Part shown: in pieces, positions 50,301 through 58,078 of the stretch | Position numbering within the stretch: position 1 is the stretch's first letter | Layout: each line of letters starts with the position of its first letter | Virus record (IMG/VR): IMGVR_UViG_3300042868_010462 | Location: 32,001 to 96,000 of that record | Direction: 5' to 3' (one strand) | Origin: a virus | DNA: 64,000 nt | The notes under the pieces: model-generated | Seen by the model: only the letters and a program-made list of their open reading frames with translations | The model's database searches: none | What the model was told of the DNA's origin: nothing | Program-made: the position numbers and the translations under genes

Positions 50301-50542
50301 CATAAAAATTTTTGAAAGTCCATAAAATGTTTATCAACCCACATTTTTCCTGTTACTTGTGTTGGATGTTCCGTTTTACTTTTATCGAATAATTCAGCCA
50401 TCGTTTTTCTTTCATTATCTAACTCATCCCAAAGATAAGATATCGCCAAGTTTAATTTCCGTTTTTCCTCAGTACCAACCTCGGACTCTCTGACAAGTTT
50501 TTCTAACTTTGCTATAACATTTTGAATGGGGGTGTTTTTCAT
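50300..50542 (-). CDS. hypothetical protein
   Basis: Start at 50542 (MKNTPIQ) avoids overlap with the upstream ORF. Confidence 0.6.
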   Translation of the reverse strand: MKNTPIQNVIAKLEKLVRESEVGTEEKRKLNLAISYLWDELDNERKTMAELFDKSKTEHPTQVTGKMWVDKHFMDFQKFL

Positions 50543-50558
50543 CACAACTTTAATTTTT

Positions 50559-50735
50559 TTAATTGTTAATGTCAAGTTCCAACTGACTCTCACTAAATAT
50601 GTGCAACATTCCATTGTCGATTAATTCAGCAACAATTCTTGTGTCACCTGATGTTGTTTGAAATACCGCTACTACGATACCAGGGAACTTATACCCTTTT
50701 GGTTTGTAAACCTTGTCTCCTACTTTGAACTTCAT
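50559..50735 (-). CDS. 58-aa SH3-fold protein resembling DfrB/R67-type DHFR (missed by the ORF track)
   Basis: FKVGDKVYKPKGYKFPGIVV..F.T..G....VAE....GMLHIF....LE. Confidence 0.55.
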   Translation of the reverse strand: MKFKVGDKVYKPKGYKFPGIVVAVFQTTSGDTRIVAELIDNGMLHIFSESQLELDINN

Positions 50736-50741
50736 TTTTTT

Positions 50742-51146
50742 CTATTTTAAATAATTAACATGTATTGAATGAAAACCCTCACTCCTATTTATTTTCAATT
50801 CCATCCTTGAACCAGTAACATAATCAACCCAAACATTTTCACCAACTTTCACATATGGCTCCAAATCTTTATAAGATTTGTTTAACATCTTGATTGGTCT
50901 GTAAACACTCCAATTTGCACAATATTCTACCCCATTACTTTCAACAAAAATGAACCCATAACTTTCCAATTGTTTCTCGTCCATATACACAATATCATAA
51001 TAATAAGTAAAAATCTTTAACCCATCAATGAATTCTGTTTTGTGATTTGTACCTAGATTTTTTTCAATTTGTTGGGAAGATAAACCCAGTTGTGCAAATG
51101 TTAAAAATGGTAAAAATAATAATAGAAATAAAATCGTTTTTTTCAT
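50742..51146 (-). CDS. secreted hypothetical protein
   Basis: Signal peptide ending TFA-Q. Confidence 0.65.
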   Translation of the reverse strand: MKKTILFLLLFLPFLTFAQLGLSSQQIEKNLGTNHKTEFIDGLKIFTYYYDIVYMDEKQLESYGFIFVESNGVEYCANWSVYRPIKMLNKSYKDLEPYVKVGENVWVDYVTGSRMELKINRSEGFHSIHVNYLK

Positions 51147-51160
51147 AATTTTTGTTTTAG

Positions 51161-51247
51161 TACACCCAGTAGGACTCGAACCTACAACGACCTTTCGGTA
51201 CCACTCCGCTTAGAAGGCGGGCATTCTTCCAATTGAATTATGGGTGC
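51161..51247 (-). tRNA. tRNA-Arg(UCU) with long variable arm
   Basis: Loop CU-UCU-AA; extra arm ACC-GAAA-GGU. Confidence 0.85.
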
Positions 51248-51350
51248 TAATCGATTGTCTTTCCAATCTGTCAGGTACTTCTATACCAATGAGACGAATT
51301 GTTTTTTTTTCAGTCGCATTACTTTCTGGAACTTCGTCAAAACCAAGTTG

Positions 51351-51431
51351 TAGTCAGTATAGGAATCGAACCCATATAATTTCATCTCAAGTCTAAGACT
51401 CGGAATTACTGTAACCACCCAGTGACTGACT
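51351..51431 (-). ncRNA. tRNA-like element (AGUCAG family) copy 1
   Basis: AGUCAGU/ACUGACU acceptor, UUCGAUU T-loop, non-canonical anticodon arm. Confidence 0.6.
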
Positions 51432-51646
51432 TTCCCCCACCTTGAGATTACTGGTGAGTAGTTATTTCGGTTTTTATGCTATTCAAAAAACCTGTTGGGC
51501 ATCCCCACTGAAAAAAGTCACACATACGAAGGAGGGGGTGTGCTGCCGCCTTTAACCCTAAGAATCGGCATTCCGTTGTCCGATTTGAACGAGTTCATTG
51601 TTAAATGAGTCTTGAACCAAAGACTGCTGAGTATCTCTTACTCATT
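51432..51646 (-). ncRNA. unidentified multi-hairpin structured RNA
   Basis: GC-enriched, no track ORF, at least 5 hairpins (UGAGUA/UACUCA, AGUCUU/AAGACU, AAUCGG/CCGAUU, GGUUUUU/AAAAACC). Confidence 0.5.
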
Positions 51647-51647
51647 G

Positions 51648-51754
51648 TAGTCAGGACAGGATTCGAACCTGTAAAATCTTTTATCTGGTTTAGGGTAGGT
51701 TCTATTCCTATCTCCTTCCAAAACATATAGCGTCTACCATTCCGCCACCTGACT
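51648..51754 (-). ncRNA. tRNA-like element (AGUCAG family) copy 2
   Basis: AGUCAGG/CCUGACU acceptor, Leu-type D arm, ACAGG-UUCGAAU-CCUGU; anticodon domain replaced by about 55 nt. Confidence 0.7.
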
Positions 51755-51759
51755 AAATT

Positions 51760-52020
51760 TTAATTCAGTGCATCTATTTCCATACAATACAAACCGAACT
51801 CTTGTATTTCATCACCATATCTATACTTGTAAGTTCCCTCATAAATGTCGGGATAACTACTATCATAAGGAAAATAACCCAAGTATTCAACATCCTTATC
51901 TTCAAAGTAGGGTGGTAATCCCATATACTCATCCAAGAGTTGTTTGACCTTTTCAACTGTCGTTGCAGTTAGTACTGGGATTTTATCTTCCCTATCTACT
52001 ATAAGATATATTAGTGCCAT
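51760..52020 (-). CDS. hypothetical protein
   Basis: ORF. Confidence 0.6.
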   Translation of the reverse strand: MALIYLIVDREDKIPVLTATTVEKVKQLLDEYMGLPPYFEDKDVEYLGYFPYDSSYPDIYEGTYKYRYGDEIQEFGLYCMEIDALN

Positions 52021-52391
52021 TGTTGTAAACTTTTATTTATATTAATTTTTGTCAATTTTTTTTTTCTTTTTTTTTTATTTTTTTCTTTTCCTTTTTTTTC
52101 TTTTATTTTTTTTTCTTTTGTTTTTACGACTTCCACCAAATCCATTTCTGGGTCAGATAATTCTTGATAACCAAACATTGAAAAGTCAGAAATATAAGAC
52201 CACCACTTTCCATCAAAAACATATCTTTCATGGTCTATTTTTGGTTTTTTATTGTCAATGCTTTTACCAAAATAAATTCCATCCCATCCATCTCTTTTCC
52301 CTTCTATTGGTGGATTACCCTTGATAATTTTTACTAATCTACCATCTCTACTCTTGTAAGTTTTACCTACTTCTAAAATTATATTTTCCAT
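52011..52391 (-). CDS. hypothetical protein
   Basis: True start probably 52391 (MENIILEVGKTYKSRDG); the longer track ORF runs through a tRNA-like element. Confidence 0.6.
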   Translation of the reverse strand: MENIILEVGKTYKSRDGRLVKIIKGNPPIEGKRDGWDGIYFGKSIDNKKPKIDHERYVFDGKWWSYISDFSMFGYQELSDPEMDLVEVVKTKEKKIKEKKGKEKNKKKRKKKLTKININKSLQQWH

Positions 52392-52423
52392 ATTTATAAT
52401 TTTTATTTTTTTAAATAAGTTAG

Positions 52424-52504
52424 TAGTCAGGACAGGATTCGAACTTGTGACGATAAACGCAGATGTGTACCTCATCTTGGCAGCTCCAATTCTGCCACCT
52501 GACT
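52424..52504 (-). ncRNA. tRNA-like element (AGUCAG family) copy 3
   Basis: Same acceptor and T arm as copy 2; loop AG-GUA-CA lacks U33. Confidence 0.7.
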
Positions 52505-52604
52505 TTGTTTGTTTAAACTTTTCGGTTTTCCTATTCAAAACCTTAACGTCAGGCAACAATCTAAGTGTCAGCCACTACTTGTGAATTATTAGGTGTCACA
52601 ACCA

Positions 52605-52835
52605 TTAGAAATATTTTCTTGTAAGATATTCATCAGTTCCTAAACTTGGTGCGTTGTTATTTTCATCTAAATGAAGAAACATAAATCCTTTGTAAGCGTT
52701 GGCTTCTAATAGAATCTTTTCAATCATTGTGATGATTCCAAGTTTTTCTTCCATCATAATGTTTGGATGGGCTAATTGTTCGTTAGCGAAGTTTTTAATC
52801 ATCTCAACTTGGATTGTTTTTTTCTCTTTAGCCAT
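52605..52835 (-). CDS. hypothetical protein
   Basis: ORF; TAnnTTTG at 52858-52865. Confidence 0.65.
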   Translation of the reverse strand: MAKEKKTIQVEMIKNFANEQLAHPNIMMEEKLGIITMIEKILLEANAYKGFMFLHLDENNNAPSLGTDEYLTRKYF

Positions 52836-52920
52836 TGTGTTATTGTTTAAGTGTTCACAAATATAGAAATAGATTTTTAATTACACAACCTTTGATGAAT
52901 AATTTTGAGAAAAATATTTG

Positions 52921-52991
52921 AGCGGATAGTTGGTACTGCCCCAACTTATCTAGTTTGGAAGACTAGAACATTACTTTTATGCTATGCCCGC
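52921..52991 (-). tRNA. tRNA-Gly(UCC), atypical T-loop
   Basis: Loop CU-UCC-AA; T-loop GGCAGUA. Confidence 0.8.
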
Positions 52992-52995
52992 TAAT

Positions 52996-53226
52996 TTACC
53001 TGAGATTCCAAATACCACCAGCAAAACACTTGAAGTCATTGTAACTTGTAACTCTTATAGGATTTTCTTCATATTTCCACCTATTACAAGTTATATAGAT
53101 TTCTCCTGTCCATTTATCCTTCTTGAGAAAGGTATAAATACCATTACGAGATTTGATATGGATTTTATCCCCATTTTTGAGGTTCTTAAACTGAGACAAT
53201 CTTATTTGTTCCATAAGTGATTCCAT
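52996..53226 (-). CDS. hypothetical protein
   Basis: ORF between tRNAs. Confidence 0.55.
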   Translation of the reverse strand: MESLMEQIRLSQFKNLKNGDKIHIKSRNGIYTFLKKDKWTGEIYITCNRWKYEENPIRVTSYNDFKCFAGGIWNLR

Positions 53227-53243
53227 AGTATTTGAATAAAAAG

Positions 53244-53318
53244 TGGAGCCGGTATGAGGAATCGAACCCCATTATCTTGATTACAAGTCAAGCACATCAC
53301 CACTTATGCTTTACCGGC
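53244..53318 (-). tRNA. tRNA-Thr(UGU)
   Basis: Loop CU-UGU-AA; encoded CCA. Confidence 0.93.
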
Positions 53319-53325
53319 ATTTATA

Positions 53326-53598
53326 TTATCTTCTTTTATAAACATAAGTTATTGTATCACCAATCTTATAAACATCATTTCTCTTGGTTATAACAAACTC
53401 GTCACAATCAGTTGAATAATGATATCTTTTCCCATATTCAATGGTGGATGGTGATTCTGTAACATAAAATGTATCTATTACACATCTTTTAACAATATCC
53501 CCATCTTCAATTTCATTATAGTTTGTTCTATTTAGAATTGAAGCTAATAAAACAAATGAAACAAAAAATAAAAACAAACAAGGAATTAAATATTTCAT
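53326..53598 (-). CDS. hypothetical membrane-anchored protein
   Basis: N-terminal hydrophobic helix. Confidence 0.6.
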   Translation of the reverse strand: MKYLIPCLFLFFVSFVLLASILNRTNYNEIEDGDIVKRCVIDTFYVTESPSTIEYGKRYHYSTDCDEFVITKRNDVYKIGDTITYVYKRR

Positions 53599-53600
53599 CT

Positions 53601-53849
53601 TTAAACTTTTAACAAATAAATTAATAATGAACCCAAAGTATAACCAATACTGGAAGCCAAGGCCATCTTGATTCTTTCATTCCAATTCTTTGATTCAACC
53701 ATATAACCAACAAATGGTAATCCCAAAAATGGCCCGATACAAGCCCAAAAAATCATCATAAAATCTCTATCAGCAACCGTTGCAATATACATAGTTGCGG
53801 CCAACTCAATAACAAATGATGCGATACCAATTATAATATATTTTTTCAT
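53601..53849 (-). CDS. small membrane protein
   Basis: Three hydrophobic helices. Confidence 0.65.
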   Translation of the reverse strand: MKKYIIIGIASFVIELAATMYIATVADRDFMMIFWACIGPFLGLPFVGYMVESKNWNERIKMALASSIGYTLGSLLIYLLKV

Positions 53850-54442
53850 AAATGTTTAATTACCCAATCCGCAAACTTCTTTTGTCCTGATAAACTTACA
53901 TGAACCCCATCACCAGCATCTTTGAATGTTACAGATGTATCCTTTGGAATTATAAGACAATTTTTCAAACCTGTCTTTGGGTCAACCATCAATTTTTGAA
54001 ATTCAACATACCTTGCTCTACATCTATCAGTGGTCTCAGTACCATATACAGTTCTAACCATAACTTTGATGGGGTCATATCCAACAATAACAATCGGTTT
54101 AATCCCCCTCCTATTACAAGAATCAACCATCATCTGTATATTATTAACGGCACCCTGTAAGTTCACATAAGAAAAAGCATCATTACAACCCCCATAAATA
54201 AACACACTGGTAAACATTGAATCTCTCTTCAAATGGTCGTTAAGTGTTAATCTCATCCAATCCGTTCTCTTTCCACCACTTGATTTATTTAAACTCTGAT
54301 AACCGAATTCCTTGGCTACCATATCTTGCCAACCACCAGTATAACAAGTCAAACTATCACCGATGAATAATACCCTCAAAGGTGGGGTTGAAAAGGAAGT
54401 TAATAAAATAACACATAACAATAATAAACTAATTTTCTTCAT
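53846..54442 (-). CDS. secreted SGNH/GDSL hydrolase
   Basis: Signal peptide; FIGDSLT, GGCND, DGVH. Confidence 0.88.
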   Translation of the reverse strand: MKKISLLLLCVILLTSFSTPPLRVLFIGDSLTCYTGGWQDMVAKEFGYQSLNKSSGGKRTDWMRLTLNDHLKRDSMFTSVFIYGGCNDAFSYVNLQGAVNNIQMMVDSCNRRGIKPIVIVGYDPIKVMVRTVYGTETTDRCRARYVEFQKLMVDPKTGLKNCLIIPKDTSVTFKDAGDGVHVSLSGQKKFADWVIKHL

Positions 54443-54455
54443 AAAACAATTTTTT

Positions 54456-54533
54456 TGGTGGAGACAGTGAGAATCAAACTCACCTCACAGATATTGCAAA
54501 TATCCATCGCCAAGTCTTGGTACATGTGCCCCC
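54456..54533 (-). tRNA. tRNA-Ala(UGC), atypical D arm
   Basis: G3:U70; loop UU-UGC-AA; encoded CCA. Confidence 0.85.
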
Positions 54534-54541
54534 ATTTTTAT

Positions 54542-55063
54542 TTATAACCCAATTTCCTCCAAAGGTAAAACCTCAAAGAAATATTTACAACCAACATCTG
54601 TTATATATTCAAAAACATCCTTATAACAATCTTTATTGAAAAAATTACTTAAGACATAATAGTACTCAACTTGGATACCGATTGGACTAAACAATTTTTT
54701 ATATTGTCTTTTTTTGAAATTACAAGTTTGTAATTTCTCATCAACAGAACCGGCACCATTTTGGTATTTCTTTTCAATTATGTAGATGGTATTCCCCACT
54801 AATATTGCAGCATCAGGTAAAAGTTTTTTACTGATAATCGTATTGTGGTCAATATTATATCTACTTAACAATTTTTTGTACAGACCATATTTCTCAAAAT
54901 ATTCACCGACAATTATACCATTTTTTACAATTTGGTCTTGATTATCCATCACATAATCACTTTGTTCCACTAACAATTTTTTTAGGTGTGTTGTAGCTTC
55001 AAAATGTAATCCGTTAACATTTGTGTTTGCACCCCCACCACTTTTGTTTGGCGTTCTATTCAT
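54542..55063 (-). CDS. PD-(D/E)XK restriction-endonuclease-like nuclease
   Basis: GGANTN..GL.FE; LLPD...IIEKKYQ..GSVDEKLQT. Confidence 0.7.
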   Translation of the reverse strand: MNRTPNKSGGGANTNVNGLHFEATTHLKKLLVEQSDYVMDNQDQIVKNGIIVGEYFEKYGLYKKLLSRYNIDHNTIISKKLLPDAAILVGNTIYIIEKKYQNGAGSVDEKLQTCNFKKRQYKKLFSPIGIQVEYYYVLSNFFNKDCYKDVFEYITDVGCKYFFEVLPLEEIGL

Positions 55064-55079
55064 AGTTTTTCTTTTTTTG

Positions 55080-55164
55080 TGGTGGGAATGGAGGGATTCG
55101 AACCCCCTCAGCTAATACAAATGATTTACAGTCATCCCCGACTCTCCAGCTTCGGCGCACTCCC
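55080..55164 (-). tRNA. tRNA-Tyr(GUA)
   Basis: Loop CU-GUA-AA; encoded CCA. Confidence 0.9.
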
Positions 55165-55175
55165 ATTATAAATTG

Positions 55176-55250
55176 ATGCAGGAACGGGAGTCGAACCCGT
55201 ATGGTACGGCTTATGAGACCGAGCTGGAACCACTTCCAGTCCATCCTGCA
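55176..55250 (-). tRNA. tRNA-Met(CAU)
   Basis: Loop CU-CAU-AA; UGCAGGA acceptor. Confidence 0.85.
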
Positions 55251-55259
55251 TTGTGTTTG

Positions 55260-55331
55260 ACGCAAAGAAAGGAATCGAACCTTTTACCTTTGGGTTATGA
55301 GCCCAATGTGCAACCACTACACTTCTTTGCA
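55260..55331 (-). tRNA. tRNA-fMet(CAU), initiator type
   Basis: Three G-C pairs at the base of the anticodon stem; U1:G72. Confidence 0.85.
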
Positions 55332-55339
55332 TATATTTG

Positions 55340-55411
55340 TAGCCCGTAGGGGAGTCGAACCCCTCTTGCAAGAATGAAAATCTTGAGTCCTAGCCGATAG
55401 ACGAACGGGCC
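55340..55411 (-). tRNA. tRNA-Glu(UUC)
   Basis: Loop UU-UUC-AU. Confidence 0.93.
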
Positions 55412-55422
55412 ATATTTGTTTG

Positions 55423-55496
55423 CGAGCTATAGGGGATTCGAACCCCTGGTCTTCAGCGTGACAAGCTGAAATGTTAAACCCCTACACCAATAGCTC
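55423..55496 (-). tRNA. tRNA-Asp(GUC)
   Basis: Loop UU-GUC-AC. Confidence 0.93.
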
Positions 55497-55518
55497 TTTT
55501 GTATTAATTCTTCCCTCT

Positions 55519-55542
55519 ATGTCAATGAACTTTACAAAGTTA
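55519..55542 (-). promoter_or_regulatory. TAACTTTG promoter immediately followed by boxA-like GTTCATTGACAT
   Basis: TAnnTTTG at 55535-55542; 12-mer at 55519-55530 identical to 61354-61365. Confidence 0.7.
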
Positions 55543-55549
55543 AACAATC

Positions 55550-56029
55550 TTATCCAATTTTCCAAGCACCATAGATAACTTTTTTTCTCTGTAGTGCATC
55601 TTCTGTGTTTCCAATTACAACTCCATCTTTGATTGTGAAAGCATGACCCTTGATTGTAACAATGTAAGTTCCTTTTGAATACTTTTCCAAGAACTTAGCT
55701 GTTGTCATATTTCTCAAAACATTTCTTCCTTTCACCTCAACCCAATATGCCATTTGAATATCTTCTCTAATTGGTGTAACACCTTTACGATTGAACTTTA
55801 TCTGTTTTGACGCAAGTGTATTCATAGTTAAACCAAAGAGTGCAGTCCCTTGTCTATTTTTTCTACCAAAAACCTCTGCCACTTTTTTGTGAGCATAGTC
55901 GTAAGTAACTCCAAACGCTGAAGCAAAGGCTCTGACGACACAATCGTCTTTCTCACTTTGAGCTAACTTCGATTCTGCAATCCCTTTGATGGCGACTGAT
56001 GATGATATGTATGGTGTTTTCGTTTTCAT
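55550..56029 (-). CDS. conserved phage hypothetical protein
   Basis: DDCVVRAFA...GH....DG; promoter TTTG at 56061-56064 and TAACTTTG at 56034-56041. Confidence 0.75.
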   Translation of the reverse strand: MKTKTPYISSSVAIKGIAESKLAQSEKDDCVVRAFASAFGVTYDYAHKKVAEVFGRKNRQGTALFGLTMNTLASKQIKFNRKGVTPIREDIQMAYWVEVKGRNVLRNMTTAKFLEKYSKGTYIVTIKGHAFTIKDGVVIGNTEDALQRKKVIYGAWKIG

Positions 56030-56073
56030 ATTACAAAGTTACAAAACCATTTTTAATTTCCAAACTTTGTGAT

Positions 56074-56208
56074 AAAAAAAAATCCATCTTTTTTTACGAA
56101 GATGGATTTGACATTATTAACACTCAAAACTTAAGTTCATACCATCTCCATCCGAGGATTTCTACCCTCAGCTCCAGTCGTTAAGTCCATATAGAGATTG
56201 CGTTTCAT
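56074..56208 (-). promoter_or_regulatory. putative attenuator 2: 23-aa leader ORF (56137-56208) plus terminator (56074-56109)
   Basis: MKRNLYMDLTTGAEGRNPRMEMV*; leader GGAGAUGG can pair with terminator 5' arm CCAUCUUC. Confidence 0.55.
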
Positions 56209-56267
56209 TGAATTTCTTACTATTTTTTTATTAAATATAATGATATAACGGAAAAGTGTCAAGTATG

Positions 56268-56579
56268 TTACAAAAAAGATGAAATAATTTGTGCTACTTT
56301 ATATCCTGTGAAGGCTCCCAATGCCGCAGAACCTGGTAAAACAAAGAACTTACCGAATAAACTTTCATATTTTGACCTATTAACGATGTATGAAATTAGG
56401 ATATAATAAAGAAAGAAGTTAATCAGTACAGCAATATCGATTTCCTTGGCCATAAAGACAACAATCGAGTTTCCAAAGAACCCCCAACTGAAGTTTATTA
56501 ATGTCTCCCTGATTAATTCCCAAACTGATGTATTGGCATCAGCAACCTTAATTTCCCTTGTAAATAAATTATTTTTCAT
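56268..56579 (-). CDS. membrane protein
   Basis: Three hydrophobic segments. Confidence 0.65.
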   Translation of the reverse strand: MKNNLFTREIKVADANTSVWELIRETLINFSWGFFGNSIVVFMAKEIDIAVLINFFLYYILISYIVNRSKYESLFGKFFVLPGSAALGAFTGYKVAQIISSFL

Positions 56580-57085
56580 CCTATAAAATCGTCAAATCCG
56601 TTGTTACTTAAAAAATCGTTATCTTCATCTATTTCTCTTATCTCGAACTCAAAACTTGATACATTACAAACTACATCTTTAGTGAATGTTTCGTGTATAT
56701 AATCAAAGTCATCTGGAGATATTTGAACTTGTTCATCTTTAAATAATTTGAAAAGTTCCTTTGTATTTCTGTAAAGATTTGGGTATTGATAAGTTTTCAA
56801 AATACCATCCATTTCGAATACTTCAAATCTTTTGTAAAAATTATCGTTGTACATTAGAATATGTTCCTGAGCCCACTCATTAACAACTTGAAGAATGAAT
56901 GTCTTTAAACCCTGCATACAAGCTACCCTATAGTCCTCATATTGTTGTTCAACAGTTAAACTACCAATCTCAACATCATCAACCTCTTCTTCATATTTGG
57001 CAATTGTATCCAAGGCCAACATCTGTAATTCATCCCAATTTGTTTGATGTATTTTATAAAAGTTTACAACTACCATTTCTTTCAT
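56576..57085 (-). CDS. hypothetical protein
   Basis: ORF. Confidence 0.65.
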   Translation of the reverse strand: MKEMVVVNFYKIHQTNWDELQMLALDTIAKYEEEVDDVEIGSLTVEQQYEDYRVACMQGLKTFILQVVNEWAQEHILMYNDNFYKRFEVFEMDGILKTYQYPNLYRNTKELFKLFKDEQVQISPDDFDYIHETFTKDVVCNVSSFEFEIREIDEDNDFLSNNGFDDFIG

Positions 57086-57105
57086 TATTAAAGTGTTATT
57101 TAATT

Positions 57106-57747
57106 TTATTCCTTCGAATCTGTATCGTAAAACATTAAGTCAGAGTCTTCGGTTGCCCATTTATTATGTCCTTCACAATTATAATAATCTAAATTAACTA
57201 GATAATCAGGTTTCTCAGGAAAATCTTTTGTGACAAAAGAAGGTTCATTCCATCTTATTCTATTGTTGGGTTGTAAGGCAATTTGTCCATTATCTAATAA
57301 GATGATGTGATGACACTTGTGTTCCATAGGGTCTTCTGACAATGTTAAATCAGTATTCATATCACTTGAACCCCAGTTAATTGTGCCAAAATAATTTCCA
57401 TCATACCATTTCTTATCTTTCATAAAAACTGAAACCCGCATCCCATATACAAAACTAAGTTGAATGAGGGAAAAGTTATATGAAAAACAATTCCATAATT
57501 GCAGAAAATGAAAAGACAAATCAGGATTTGGTGTCTCAGGTTTTGTCAATAGTGCATGAGATGGTAATTTGTCTCTCATTACACCATTGTTCAATAAAAC
57601 CTGAAACAAAACCGCCTGGTTTGGCATACACCGAATCGAAGTAACAATTCCTTCTGTAAACTCACCAAATCCTTTTTGGTGCTGATACATATATTCATTT
57701 CGAACATAAACTTTAAGTGGGAAAAAATTACTTTCGATATAAGCCAT
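57106..57747 (-). CDS. conserved phage hypothetical protein
   Basis: LQLWNCFS, EHK..H...LDNGQ.ALQPNNR. Confidence 0.75.
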   Translation of the reverse strand: MAYIESNFFPLKVYVRNEYMYQHQKGFGEFTEGIVTSIRCMPNQAVLFQVLLNNGVMRDKLPSHALLTKPETPNPDLSFHFLQLWNCFSYNFSLIQLSFVYGMRVSVFMKDKKWYDGNYFGTINWGSSDMNTDLTLSEDPMEHKCHHIILLDNGQIALQPNNRIRWNEPSFVTKDFPEKPDYLVNLDYYNCEGHNKWATEDSDLMFYDTDSKE

Positions 57748-57749
57748 AA

Positions 57750-58070
57750 TTAACTTGTTGGTATGTCATTTGAGCCATACTCTCTTATTAAATAGTCGGT
57801 AAAATCTTCTACACTTTCAACATTGAACTCAACTTCTTCGTGCCAGATTTTTTTATCAACATCATCATATAACCACCAGCCAACTAAGTCCTGAATCCAT
57901 CCGAATTGTTCGTCTTGTTTTTTTCTGAGGAGGGTCGGAATACTTTTTTCAAGTTGAGGAGTGGTGTTGTTAAGCTCAAGTAAATCAACTCCCAAACCAT
58001 AGAGCCTATGTATCTTTTCATCGTATTCTTTAATTTTTAACAAAGTTTCGATTATGTATTCTCGTACCAT
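57750..58070 (-). CDS. hypothetical protein
   Basis: ORF with D..GWWLYD motif. Confidence 0.65.
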   Translation of the reverse strand: MVREYIIETLLKIKEYDEKIHRLYGLGVDLLELNNTTPQLEKSIPTLLRKKQDEQFGWIQDLVGWWLYDDVDKKIWHEEVEFNVESVEDFTDYLIREYGSNDIPTS

Positions 58071-58078
58071 TATAAGTA

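Noticed and set aside
51351-51431. Ochre-suppressor tRNA (UUA at the centre of the arm)
   Set aside because: The loop lacks U33 and pairs down to 3-5 nt, and TAA is the dominant stop in the genome. Treated as a tRNA-like element.
52510-52560. Hammerhead ribozyme (CUGACG...GAAA)
   Set aside because: The core is CUGACGU rather than CUGANGA, and no stem I/III with a cleavage triplet could be built.
55056-55371. Track ORFs 55056..55265 and 55132..55371
   Set aside because: They run through tRNA-Tyr, Met, fMet and Glu genes; spurious.
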